NCBI RefSeq assembly: GCF_001194135.2
Contig: NW_026305254.1
Coordinates: forward strand, 43,086-83,113
Reading direction: 5' to 3'
Length of the DNA stretch: 40,028 bases
Origin: Octopus bimaculoides
Taxonomy: Eukaryota
The notes under the pieces are model-generated. The model was not told the origin of the DNA, ran no database searches, and worked only from the letters and a program-made list of their open reading frames with translations. A program made the position numbers and the translations under genes. Shown one piece after another: positions 11,309 through 23,098 of this stretch (position 1 is the first letter of the stretch; every line of letters starts with the position of its first letter).

Positions 11309-11314
11309 AATAAA
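11309..11314 (+). terminator. Candidate polyadenylation signal of the PRR19-like gene
   Basis: AATAAA shortly after the stop codon. Confidence 0.35.
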
Positions 11315-11340
11315 TAAGATTTAAATATGTGGTGGATGGT

Positions 11341-11442
11341 GGGCAGATATGGAATGTAGGCGAATATGAAATGTGGGCAAGTACAGAATGTGGACAGATA
11401 TGGAATATTTATAAATATGAAATGTGAGCAAATAAGGAATGT
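11341..11442. repeat. Degenerate 17-bp minisatellite, 6 copies
   Basis: gggcagatatggaatgt / aggcgaatatgaaatgt / gggcaagtacagaatgt / ggacagatatggaatat / ttataaatatgaaatgt / gagcaaataaggaatgt. Confidence 0.75.
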
Positions 11443-12419
11443 GTTTATGTTCTGAGTTCAAATTCCACTGAGGTTGACTTTGCCTTTCATTCTGGTCCCC
11501 CTTCCCAGAAACTGCTGGCTTTGTGCTAAAATGGGAAACCAATATAGATAAACACAGTGGTAGTGCTAAGGGGCACGGCTAGGGTAAATGGTGCCCAGGG
11601 CCTCCACCAAAACGCAGCACATGCATTTTGTGAGGTCAAGAAAGAACACTCATTCGGTCAAGTGGTGCGGATGGCAACAAGCATAACAAACGAAGCCTGC
11701 AAAGCTTTAAAAAATTTTTGTTAATGGCTTAATTAGAAAATAACGGTGGCCAAAATTGCATGGGCCCCGCTTTCCCCACTTAAACACCCCCCCACACACA
11801 TTATATATATGTATATATATTCTTTGAGGAATTTGTTTGATTTGTCTTCTCTTTTTCCTTCCTTCCATCTTCCTCTTTCTTTCATATTTTTGCTATTTCT
11901 CCTCCATCCTCTCTCTCTCTCACTCATTCAGTTAACCCCTAACACACAGACACCCATGTATATTTACACACACACACAAGACACTGCATTAAAAACTTCA
12001 AATTGATTTCTTGACAGTTGTATCTAATCAATAATAAATGTGGATCGTCTTTAATGCATCAGGTTTGATATGGTGTTGTTGTTGCTGTTTAGCCCTAGGC
12101 AGACATATACAGGGTGTTTGGGCTAAATTTGATGCTCTTTTGTGTCTCCAGTTTCCAGAAACAGCTTGAGGTGTTGGAGAGAGTAAAGATTCCAGTCATG
12201 GTCAAGGAAAACTTAGCTGACGTGGAGGACTGGATGCCATCTGAATATTGGCAAAGAGTCACCTGTATTATGGGGGACAGCAGCCTGAAAAAGTTTGGGA
12301 ACCACTGGTTTAGCTGACATTTTCTGGGTTTTAAAAATACTTTTAGTTTGCGATGGGATGTTGTTTTCTTTCCCTTTAATGCAAACTGTCAAATTTAGCC
12401 AAAATACCCTGTACATATA

Positions 12420-12633
12420 CAAGGGTGCGGAAAAGTTCCTGGCTTTGGGTAAAAGAAAATACATAAAGATGAGTTAATTACCATTTTACTGAACATATTC
12501 CCCTTTCAAATTCACACATTTATTGCAGCGGTCCTTCAGTTTTTCTAAGCCCTGTAAAAGAACTCAGACAGCTGGGCCTCCAAGCAGGCCTTTTGCGACA
12601 CCCTTGAAACCAAGAATTTTCAGCATCCCCTTG
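12420..12633 (-). mobile_element. Non-autonomous mariner deletion derivative (MITE-like, 214 bp), same family as 31994..33279
   Basis: TA on both flanks (12418-19, 12634-35); imperfect TIRs caagggtgcggaaaagttcctggc / caaggggatgctgaaaattcttgg; the reverse complement of the interior matches the 3' end of the transposase at about 33110-33280. Confidence 0.85.
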
Positions 12634-12943
12634 TATATGCAAGTAGTATAAGATGTGGGTTCAGAAATCTGTGCAGCTATCACAGTAAGCTCCTCTTACA
12701 GACTTGACTATCAGTCCACACAGTAAGCAATTTGCATGAGAATGTAATGTAAAGTATCCGTGTTGCTTAAAATCCAGAAAATCTGAGCAATAAATTAATT
12801 ATTCTGTGAGGAGTGTATGAAACCATAGAAACCAGGTGGGGCCTCTCGGATGCAATGACCAACACTTTTGGCATGACTGCAATTTTGCTCGCCTCAATGG
12901 GTCTTCTTCTCAAAGATGACATAATGCCACAGGTTTTGGTCAT

Positions 12944-13158
12944 TGCCTCTGTGAGGACCAACACTCGAAAGGAACTCGGCCACTTTGCTTCCGTGAGGTC
13001 CAACACTCGAAAGGAACTCGGCCACTTTGCTTCCGTGAGGTCCAACACTCGAANNNNNNNNNNTGCTTCCGTGAGGTCCAACACTCGAAAGGAACTCGGC
13101 CACTTTGCTTCCGTGAGGTCCAACACTCGAAAGGAACTCGGCCACTTTGCTTCCGTGA
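12944..13158. repeat. Perfect 42-bp tandem array (ggaactcggccactttgcttccgtgaggtccaacactcgaaa), at least 4-5 copies, interrupted by a gap
   Basis: Identical head-to-tail units without spacers; 10-N gap at 13034-13043. The left flank (12830-12945) is an inverted copy of an interspersed repeat also seen at about 3270-3320. Confidence 0.9.
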
Positions 13159-13219
13159 GCCCCAAAAAACAAATAAAGAGATTTATACAATCAAACAGAC
13201 TCCATAACGAGCAGGTGTG

Positions 13220-13233
13220 TTTATTCTTTTATT
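13220..13233 (-). terminator. Candidate tandem polyadenylation signals of the SRSF7-like gene
   Basis: Two AATAAA on the minus strand (13220-25, 13228-33) within unique sequence downstream of the last identified coding exon. Confidence 0.35.
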
Positions 13234-13336
13234 CGAAGCAGACGCTTCATTTTTATGCTACTCTTAGTTTTATAAGTGACACAATATAGAGTAACTGAAT
13301 AGATTTAGAACAGACTACATATACACACAGGATAAC

Positions 13337-13372
<36 letters not shown>

Positions 13373-14254
13373 ATATATATATTAAGACAGAGAATATATT
13401 TACATGTATAGATATAAATCCACACATACACATCTGTACGTATAAGTATATACATACAGACAGAAGACAGACATGCACACATACGTACATACATAGGATG
13501 TATATATTAAATGATTCTACATGAAATATTCAAGTTCTCAACACACAGAAAGAATGTAGAATTAGCTGTTTTTGTGCGTGTGTATATTATTGTGTGGACA
13601 TCTTTCAGATATATATATCTGGTTATTAGTATACAATATAGTGTGTATATGTACGTGTATGTATGTATGTATATACGCATATATAAACATATATATATAT
13701 ATATTGTGTATGTGTATATCACTATATCAGTGTATATATATTTGTGTATACATATATATTATATATGTATGCATGTGTGTATATACATGTGTGTGTATGT
13801 GTATGTGTATGTATGTATAATATGTGAAACTGAGTGAGAAGAGATGGAGTAAATGAATTGTCACAATGAGCAATGTCCCTTCAACACACTGCTGTAAACC
13901 ATGTGTGTGTGTGTATGATGTATGTATAAGCAGATATTAGTGTTTGCATATATATATATATATATATATATATGAATAGTGTGTGTGTGTATGCAATATA
14001 TGAATATGGAAAAAGACAGAATGACTCATGGCTGTGTATAAATGAGAAATACATTAAGTGAACTGTTCCCAGCTGAAGGTAAACATCCCTCTGACACACA
14101 AACAGACATAAGATATGTGTCTAGAGTGAGGCATAGGTAGCTGTCCTTTTAATCTTTTATACTTGTTTCAGTCATTTGACTGCAGCCATGCTGGAGCACC
14201 ACCTTGAAGGGGTTTAGTTGAATCCCAGGACTTTATTTGGGAAAGAATTACACT

Positions 14255-14301
<47 letters not shown>

Positions 14302-16117
14302 GATTACCAATAAACTGCACTTCATATTCAAGGCTCTGGTGAAGCTGTAATATATTACTCAAGTACTCAGCTCTGAGTCCACAGCATCTTATAGATAGCA
14401 GAAAAAGCTGTAAGCCAAAGAAGTTCATAAGACATCTATATATATATATATATATAAATATATATATAATTTAAGTGTGTATCTACACATGTGATGCCTT
14501 AGGAAAAAGTGAACTCGTCAACTCCAGGGACTAAAAAGGAACAAGAACCACAGCATGGATCCCTAGAGATTTAAGATCAGGGTCTGTCAGCATGGTGAAA
14601 CCCTGCCGTCTGTGTGTGCATGTGACAAGAGGTCAACATAGAAGGGCACCCTGGCCACCCTCCAGCTCTAAGCTGGGTCTTGAAGCAGCGACAATCCAAT
14701 TCAAAGGCACACAGACCCAATTCACTTCTTTTGTATTAGTGAGGTGTCAGTTTTGATGGAGGGGAGGGGAGGTGTGTGAGTGTGAACACTTTTACAGGTC
14801 CCAGTTCCTGAACCGTGACCGTGCTGGAGCACTGCGTGCCACTGTCCATCTAATTTTACCCCAACCCTTGGTTCAGAGCTGGTATTCGTTTAATCAAATT
14901 GATATATTACAGACGTAACTTCAGCAAACACAAAAAAATATGTGTGTATATATATATATATAAATATAAACACACATACACATATTTATATACATACATA
15001 CACATATGTATTACACACATCTCGCTATATACATCTACAATCATTTTTACTCTGTGTGCTTGTGTGTGTGTGTGTATATATGTATATAGTAATCTGTGCC
15101 TATATATATGTGTATGTAAATAAGAGATAGCAATGAGTGTGTATACATATGTAGGTGTGTGTATGTGTAAATAATATATAGTAATGCGTGTGTGTACATA
15201 TAGATATAATATGGGTGTGTGTGTGTTGATAAGNNNNNNNNNNNNNNNNNNNNNNNNNNNNNNNNNNNNNNNNNNNNNNNNNNNNNNNNNNNNNNNNNNN
15301 NNNNNNNNNNNNNNNNNNNNNNNNNNNNNNNNNNNNNNNNNNNNNNNNNNNNNNNNNNNNNNNNNNNNNNNNNNNNNNNNNNNNNNNNNNNNNNNNNNNN
15401 NNNNNNNNNNNNNNNNNNNNNNNNNNNNNNNNNNNNNNNNNNNNNNNNNNNNNNNNNNNNNNNNNNNNNNNNNNNNNNNNNNNNNNNNNNNNNNNNNNNN
15501 NNNNNNNNNNNNNNNNNNNNNNNNNNNNNNNNNNNNNNNNNNNNNNNNNNNNNNNNNNNNNNNNNNNNNNNNNNNNNNNNNNNNNNNNNNNNNNNNNNNN
15601 NNNNNNNNNNNNNNNNNNNNNNNNNNNNNNNNNNNNNNNNNNNNNNNNNNNNNNNNNNNNNNNNNNNNNNNNNNNNNNNNNNNNNNNNNNNNNNNNNNNN
15701 NNNNNNNNNNNNNNNNNNNNNNNNNNNNNNNNNNNNNNNNNNNNNNNNNNNNNNNNNNNNNNNNNNNNNNNNNNNNNNNNNNNNNNNNNNNNNNNNNNNN
15801 NNNNNNNNNNNNNNNNNNNNNNNNNNNNNNNNNNNNNNNNNNNNNNNNNNNNNNNNNNNNNNNNNNNNNNNNNNNNNNNNNNNNNNNNNNNNNNNNNNNN
15901 NNNNNNNNNNNNNNNNNNNNNNNNNNNNNNNNNNNNNNNNNNNNNNNNNNNNNNNNNNNNNNNNNNNNNNNNNNNNNNNNNNNNNNNNNNNNNNNNNNNN
16001 NNNNNNNNNNNNNNNNNNNNNNNNNNNNNNNNNNNNNNNNNNNNNNNNNNNNNNNNNNNNNNNNNNNNNNNNNNNNNNNNAAAGATATTACAAATATATA
16101 TAAATATATATATATGT

Positions 16118-16420
16118 GGATGCGCAATGGCCCAGTAGTTAGGGCAGCGGACTCGCGGTCATAGGATCGCAGTTTCGATTCCCAGACCGGCCGTTGTGAG
16201 TGTTTATTGAGCGAAAACACCTTAAAGCCCCAGGAGGCTCCGGCAGGGGACGGTGGCGATCCCTGCTGTACTCTTCCACCACAACTTTCTCTCGCTCTTA
16301 CTTCCTGTTTCTGTTGTGCCTGTAATTCAAAGGGTCAGCCTTGTCACACTCTGTGTCACGCTGAATGTCCCCGAGAACTACGTTAAGGGTACATGTGTCT
16401 GTGGAATACTCAGCCACTTG
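16118..16420 (+). mobile_element. tRNA-derived SINE
   Basis: A-box-like TGGCCCAGTAGTTAG and B-box-like GTTTCGATTCC followed by about 220 bp of non-tRNA body. Confidence 0.7.
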
Positions 16421-16967
16421 CGAATCAGAGGTGAGAACACAGTAAGCAGGATCCCTCTGGGCCAAACAGTCTGCCTCCCAGTGTCTCAGTAGAGTCGTTG
16501 GTTGGGTACAAAATCCGACCAATGGGAACCCATAATCCTGCTGAGAGTCCAGATCCCAAAGGACCTTCCTAAAGGCCCTGGATTGTCCAAGTCTCCCAAC
16601 TACAGACAAAGGAGGATCAGTGACCTAGGGACCCGAACATTTGTCCTCCTGCTCAGATATCAGCAGGGCCACACACCCCTGTCCAGAAAGTCCACAACAC
16701 ATCCAAGTCTTTCCAAGACTTCAGACTCAAAAGGCTGATGCTTCTGACATAAGTGAAGCTGTCGACACACAAGAAAGAGTTCTCCAAGAAGTCAACGAAA
16801 GACTAGATTTTTGCATTGACCCAAGAAACTCTAAGAGCAAGTGGTTTTACTTCCTCAAACAGTGAAAGGAGGACTTGCAGCTTATGACAACAGACACAAG
16901 GCATTTGATTTGGCTCACTTGGCAAACATACACGTGCATTGTTAAAAATAACGTAATGTCCCTCTAC

Positions 16968-17051
16968 CTTCCTCGGTTTCTGTATTTGTCGTTCTTCGGA
17001 CGTCGGCCACGGGATCGAGATCTTGACCTCGAGTAGGAACGAGAGGAAGAC
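16968..17051 (-). CDS. SRSF7-like coding exon 3, RS domain (RSSSRSYSRSRSRSRGRRPKNDKYRNRG)
   Basis: Strong acceptor ttcttttttttttctcttccttttgtccttccatcttttag|, donor AAG|gtagag; 84 nt, phase 2 to 2, compatible with exon 25353-25523; not shown in the ORF track. Confidence 0.85.
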
Positions 17052-18384
17052 CTAAAAGATGGAAGGACAAAAGGAAGAGAAAAAAAAAAGAACAGGCATA
17101 TGAGATCTCATTACGTGGAAGTCACGAGAAAAAAAAAAAAGACCAATTAGATATTAGATAAAATATGGTAGATACAGGACACACAGACAGACATACACAG
17201 AATATAATGCATACTGTACATATATTCATAGAGAAGAATTAGAAATGATAGCTTATGTTAAAATATCACATCTTGTTATATATAATGATGCTAATGTAAG
17301 TACATCTATATATATGTAACCAAAACTCATTTTGCATCCAGCTAAAATTATAGGGAAAAAATCTTAAAATTTCCATTTTAATAATGTTACTTTTCTTGTT
17401 CGTTTTAAACATTGTCTTTGCTTGAAAGGACCAGTAGCCCCCATCATTCACTGCACCCAACTCTTCATCGACTTCCTGCATTCCTTTTTAAACCTAGCTT
17501 CACTTGTCCGCCACATCTGCACCGCCACCATCTCCAGCCTAATTTATGCTGTCTTTTGCTATTATCACAACATTCTTAGGGCAATGGTACCATCAACCGG
17601 TTTTCATACCACGTCTGCCTGACTCTGCCCTTCAATCTATCATCCAAACTCCCGCTTTCAAAGTGATCAAAATACCATCTACCATCAAAATTTCATATCA
17701 ATTTATGTCCCAAACACCAGATTAATTAACAATAAACTTATTTGACTAAATTCTTCATTATTTTCAAAATTAATCAAAACAAAACCTGTGTATTTCAACA
17801 GAAATATAACAATATGTCTTTACCCTAAAGACATTTAGAGAGATTTAAGGGGCCAGGAGTACCACAGTGGTGTTCCTTCACTGCTTACTGAGCATGCAGT
17901 ATAATGTGTATATAACATGGATATAGGTTTCATGTATGTATACAGTAACATGTACAAAGTATATATAATTATACAGTAATACATGTAGCTATGTGTGTGT
18001 GTGTGTGCAAAAGCGTTCATATGTATGGGTTAGCAGCGGGGGAAAGTATCAATAATATATTAACCTAACTTATGCTAGCATAGAAAACAAATGTGTGTGT
18101 GTGTGTGTGTGTACAATATCTCTTGATGTCACATGACTGACCAGACTATCAGATGTGTTACACATCACTGGTCACAATGCACTTTGCATAATTTCAGCCA
18201 CTGAATGATGGTTAGGCAAGTGGGCCAACGTCCCTACCTGATCAGAAGTGGGATTGGAGCATTGTGAAATGGAATATTTTGCTCAACAGCACAACACACC
18301 ACCCAGCCTGGGAATCAAACCCACCATCTGGTGATCATGAGTACAAAAGCCTAACCACCAGGTCACGCACCTATTTGTTTGCTG

Positions 18385-18790
18385 AAGGTGCATGGCTCAC
18401 TGGTTAGAGAGTCATGGCTAGTGAGTTCAATTCCTGGACAGGGCTGTGTCTTGTGTTCTTGAGCAAAATTATATTCCACGTTGTTCTCGTTCACTCATCA
18501 GTAGAAATGAGAGGGGACATGACTGGTGCCAAGCTGTATTGGCCCCTTTGCCCCCTTTGCCTTTCCCTTGGACAACATCAGTGGCATGGAGAGGGGAGGC
18601 TGGCATGCATGGGCAAACGTTGGTCTTCCACAAACAACCTTGCCTGGACTTGTGCCTCAAGGGGAACTAATCCCATGGCCCTTTATCCTTTACTCAATGT
18701 ACATACAATGGCATGGCGAAGGGAAGCTGGTCTTCCACAAACCTTGCCTGGACTTGTGCCTTGGAGGGGAACTTTCTAGGTTCAATCCCN
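18385..18790 (+). mobile_element. tRNA-derived SINE with internal duplication
   Basis: Head tggctcactggttagag...gagttcaattcc; ggtcttccacaaac...cttgcctggacttgtgcct occurs twice. Confidence 0.6.
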
Positions 18791-18939
18791 NNNNNNNNNG
18801 GGGGGGGGGGGTCTTTACTTTTTTATAGATGTTTGAGTGTGAGGTGACTATATGATTGCAAAAGTATGTTCGTGTGTGTGTGTAAATGTATGCAACTAAA
18901 CAGAGATGCACAATGTAAGTATATGTAGCTTCAAAGATA

Positions 18940-18985
<46 letters not shown>

Positions 18986-19059
18986 AACAGTGTTGATGTA
19001 TACGTAAGTAGTCTCAAGTATGGCAGTGACCACTTAAAATCATAAAGCTATACATGCGC

Positions 19060-19093
<34 letters not shown>

Positions 19094-22000
19094 NNNNNNN
19101 NNNNNNNNNNNNNNNNNNNNNNNNNNNNNNNNNNNNNNNNNNNNNNNNNNNNNNNNNNNNNNNNNNNNNNNNNNNNNNNNNNNNNNNNNNNNNNNNNNNN
19201 NNNNNNNNNNNNNNNNNNNNNNNNNNNNNNNNNNNNNNNNNNNNNNNNNNNNNNNNNNNNNNNNNNNNNNNNNNNNNNNNNNNNNNNNNNNNNNNNNNNN
19301 NNNNNNNNNNNNNNNNNNNNNNNNNNNNNNNNNNNNNNNNNNNNNNNNNNNNNNNNNNNNNNNNNNNNNNNNNNNNNNNNNNNNNNNNNNNNNNNNNNNN
19401 NNNNNNNNNNNNNNNNNNNNNNNNNNNNNNNNNNNNNNNNNNNNNNNNNNNNNNNNNNNNNNNNNNNNNNNNNNNNNNNNNNNNNNNNNNNNNNNNNNNN
19501 NNNNNNNNNNNNNNNNNNNNNNNNNNNNNNNNNNNNNNNNNNNNNNNNNNNNNNNNNNNNNNNNNNNNNNNNNNNNNNNNNNNNNNNNNNNNNNNNNNNN
19601 NNNNNNNNNNNNNNNNNNNNNNNNNNNNNNNNNNNNNNNNNNNNNNNNNNNNNNNNNNNNNNNNNNNNNNNNNNNNNNNNNNNNNNNNNNNNNNNNNNNN
19701 NNNNNNNNNNNNNNNNNNNNNNNNNNNNNNNNNNNNNNNNNNNNNNNNNNNNNNNNNNNNNNNNNNNNNNNNNNNNNNNNNNNNNNNNNNNNNNNNNNNN
19801 NNNNNNNNNNNNNNNNNNNNNNNNNNNNNNNNNNNNNNNNNNNNNNNNNNNNNNNNNNNNNNNNNNNNNNNNNNNNNNNNNNNNNNNNNNNNNNNNNNNN
19901 NNNNNNNNNNNNNNNNNNNNNNNNNNNNNNNNNNNNNNNNNNNNNNNNNNNNNNNNNNNNNNNNNNNNNNNNNNNNNNNNNNNNNNNNNNNATTTTAAAA
20001 AAACATAACCCACTTCATTATTATTATTAATAATAATAATAATAATAATAGTAGAAAACAAAAAACTACAATCCCTTAACATTTGAAATTGCAAGAATTT
20101 GGAATATGGAAATTGTAAAGGTCTTTTGCTTGTAAGAATTGGTTGATTGGGAAAAGTAAGGAAAGGTACAGAGAAACGGTTGTGTAGAGATTCTAGAGAA
20201 AGTTTGCCTCTTCGGAAAACCAGGAAAGATTATCAGGAGGGTTCTAAGCACTATTGTGGATGTCTAAGGTTACCTAGGTTGTAACCTGCTACCCACATAA
20301 ATTCTACCAGGAATTAGAACAAACCCAAGTTAAAATCAATAATAATAATAATAATAATAATCCTTTCTAATATAGGCACAAGGCCTGAAATTTTTGGGAG
20401 GGAGAGGGGACTAGTTGACTACATCATCCCCAGTTCTCAAATGGTACTTAATTTATTGACCCCATAAGGATGAAAAGCAAAGTAGATTTTGGCAAAATTT
20501 GAACTCAGAACCTAGCGGCAGATGAAATACTGCTAAGCTTTTCGCCTGGCAAACTATTCTGCCAGCTCACCACCTTCATAATAATCTTTTCCTCCTAAAA
20601 GCACAAAGCCTGAAATTTTGAGGGAGGGGGGACTAGTTGATTACATCGACCTCAGTGCTTCACTGGCACTTAATTTATTGACCCCTAAAGAGATGAAAAA
20701 CAAAGTCAACCTCGGCAGAATTTGAACTCAAGAACGTAGGCATTTTGCCCAGCATGCTAACGAATCCACCAGTTCACCACTTTATGTAATAATAATAATA
20801 ATAATAATAATATCTTATTGAAAATGCCTATAGGAAACCCTTAATGATTACTTTGAACAACAATAAACCTAAGAAATATGAATATAAAAATAAAAGAAAG
20901 ACTCTTTTCCCCCCCAGATTAATTCTACTTAACTCTTTTCTTGTTTCAGCCACTTGACTGTGGCCATGCTGGAACACCGCCTTTAGTCGAACAAATTGAC
21001 TCCAAGACTTATTCTTTGTAAACCTAGTGCTTATTCTATCGGTCTCTTTTGCTGAACCAAGATGTAAACAAACATACACACACACATGTAATATATACGA
21101 CAGGCTTCTTTTAGTTTGTCTACTAAATCTGCTCACAAGGCTTTGGTCGGCCTGAGGCTATAGTAGAGAACACTTGTCCTCGGTGAAACTAGATAGTTGG
21201 AAAGCAAGCTCCTTACCATGCAGCCACTCCTTCACTCCATAGAAATTAAATATAAAACTGTAGGAGTTATAGAGAACCTATGTGTGTGTGTGTGTGTGTG
21301 CGTGTGTACTATTAAATATTTTGAAATCCTGAATAATTTTTTTTGAATGCATTGAATAAAGAAACCTGGTTACATTATCAATTCTATTCCGTTATTATTG
21401 TTGTTTGTTTTGATCAATGCAAGCCCCAGTTTTTGTGGTTTATTTCATCTTTTGATTTGCATAGTCCTCAGTGTCTTGGGCACACAACGCAAAAAAAAAA
21501 AAAACTATTATTATTATTACTAGTATTAAATAGAGTGACTATAGCCCTATTTTTTATTTTATTTTATTAAGAAAGAACAATGCAGGTAGCTAACGACAAG
21601 ATATTGTATCTTTACCAATTCTCATTAGTTCAGTCAACAGAAGACAGCAAGATCACCTTACACATGACACTATACTATATATATATATATATATATANNN
21701 NNNNNNNNNNNNNNNNNNNNNNNNNNNNNNNNNNNNNNNNNNNNNNNNNNNNNNNNNNNNNNNNNNNNNNNNNNNNNNNNNNNNNNNNNNNNNNNNNNNN
21801 NNNNNNNNNNNNNNNNNNNNNNNNNNNNNNNNNNNNNNNNNNNNNNNNNNNNNNNNNNNNNNNNNNNNNNNNNNNNNNNNNNNNNNNNNNNNNNNNNNNN
21901 NNNNNNNNNNNNNNNNNNNNNNNNNNNNNNNNNNNNNNNNNNNNNNNNNNNNNNNNNNNNNNNNNNNNNNNNNNNNNNNNNNNNNNNNNNNNNNNNNNNN

Positions 22001-23098
22001 NNNNNNNNNNNNNNNNNNNNNNNNNNNNNNNNNNNNNNNNNNNNNNNNNNNNNNNNNNNNNNNNNNNNNNNNNNNNNNNNNNNNNNNNNNNNNNNNNNNN
22101 NNNNNNNNNNNNNNNNNNNNNNNNNNNNNNNNNNNNNNNNNNNNNNNNNNNNNNNNNNNNNNNNNNNNNNNNNNNNNNNNNNNNNNNNNNNNNNNNNNNN
22201 NNNNNNNNNNNNNNNNNNNNNNNNNNNNNNTTTAAGTCTATCAGCTGTGAGATTTACCAGATTTTTCCCCTTTTTTCCCAAATTCATCATCATCGTTTTA
22301 ACGTCCGCTTTCCATGCTAGCATGGGTTGGACAATTTGACTGAGGACTGGTGAACCAGATGGCTACACCAGGCTCCAATCTGATTTGGCAGAGTTTCTAC
22401 AGCTGGATGCCTTTCCTAACGCCAACCACTCAGAGAGTGTAGTGGGTGCTTTTACGTGTCACCCGCACGAAGGCCAGTCAGGCGGTACTGGCAACGGCGA
22501 CGCTCAAAATGGTGTCTTTTATGTGCCACCCGCACAAGCCAGTCCAGGGGCACTGGCAACGATCTCACTCGAAAATCCTATATATACATATTTTTCATTA
22601 TTTATAAATTTTATGATTATCATTTCTTAAAATTGATTTCTTATTGGAGAGTCTTTGTTGAAGTGTGTCCATAGTAATGTAAATGTAAAACACAAATATA
22701 CCAGCTCCATACTTCAGTAGGAAACGAGTACCTACCATTTACATACACAGACATATATATATATACATATAAACCTATAAATTAGATAAACAGTCCTAAT
22801 TTAGTTATTTCTCTGCAGAATGAAAAACTGATGAAGAACCTTAACTGATTTTCGAGTCTTATTGAACTCTTATCAGAGGTAGATACATCAGTTTGATCAA
22901 TCCTAGAGAAAGAAGCAGCCATTCATAAACGCACACGCACGTATACAAATGGAGATTTGATAAAAAAAGAAAAGTGATCAATTTTGAAAAATACAAAAAC
23001 AAGAAGTCGTTGAGTTTTAATTAGCTAAGAAAAATTAATTAGCTAGGATGCTAAATGACGAAATATCTAATCGTAGTCATACATACATACGTACATAC

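Noticed and set aside
12290-12310. hAT/Charlie-like terminus (tttgggaaccactg), also at about 24675
   Set aside because: Only one end is visible in each case, with no matching TIR or 8-bp TSD identified.
12944-13158. CRISPR-like array
   Set aside because: Units are directly adjacent and identical with no spacers, there are no cas genes, and the context is eukaryotic.
16118-16195. tRNA gene
   Set aside because: A/B boxes are present but there is no clean cloverleaf or terminator, and it continues into a SINE body.
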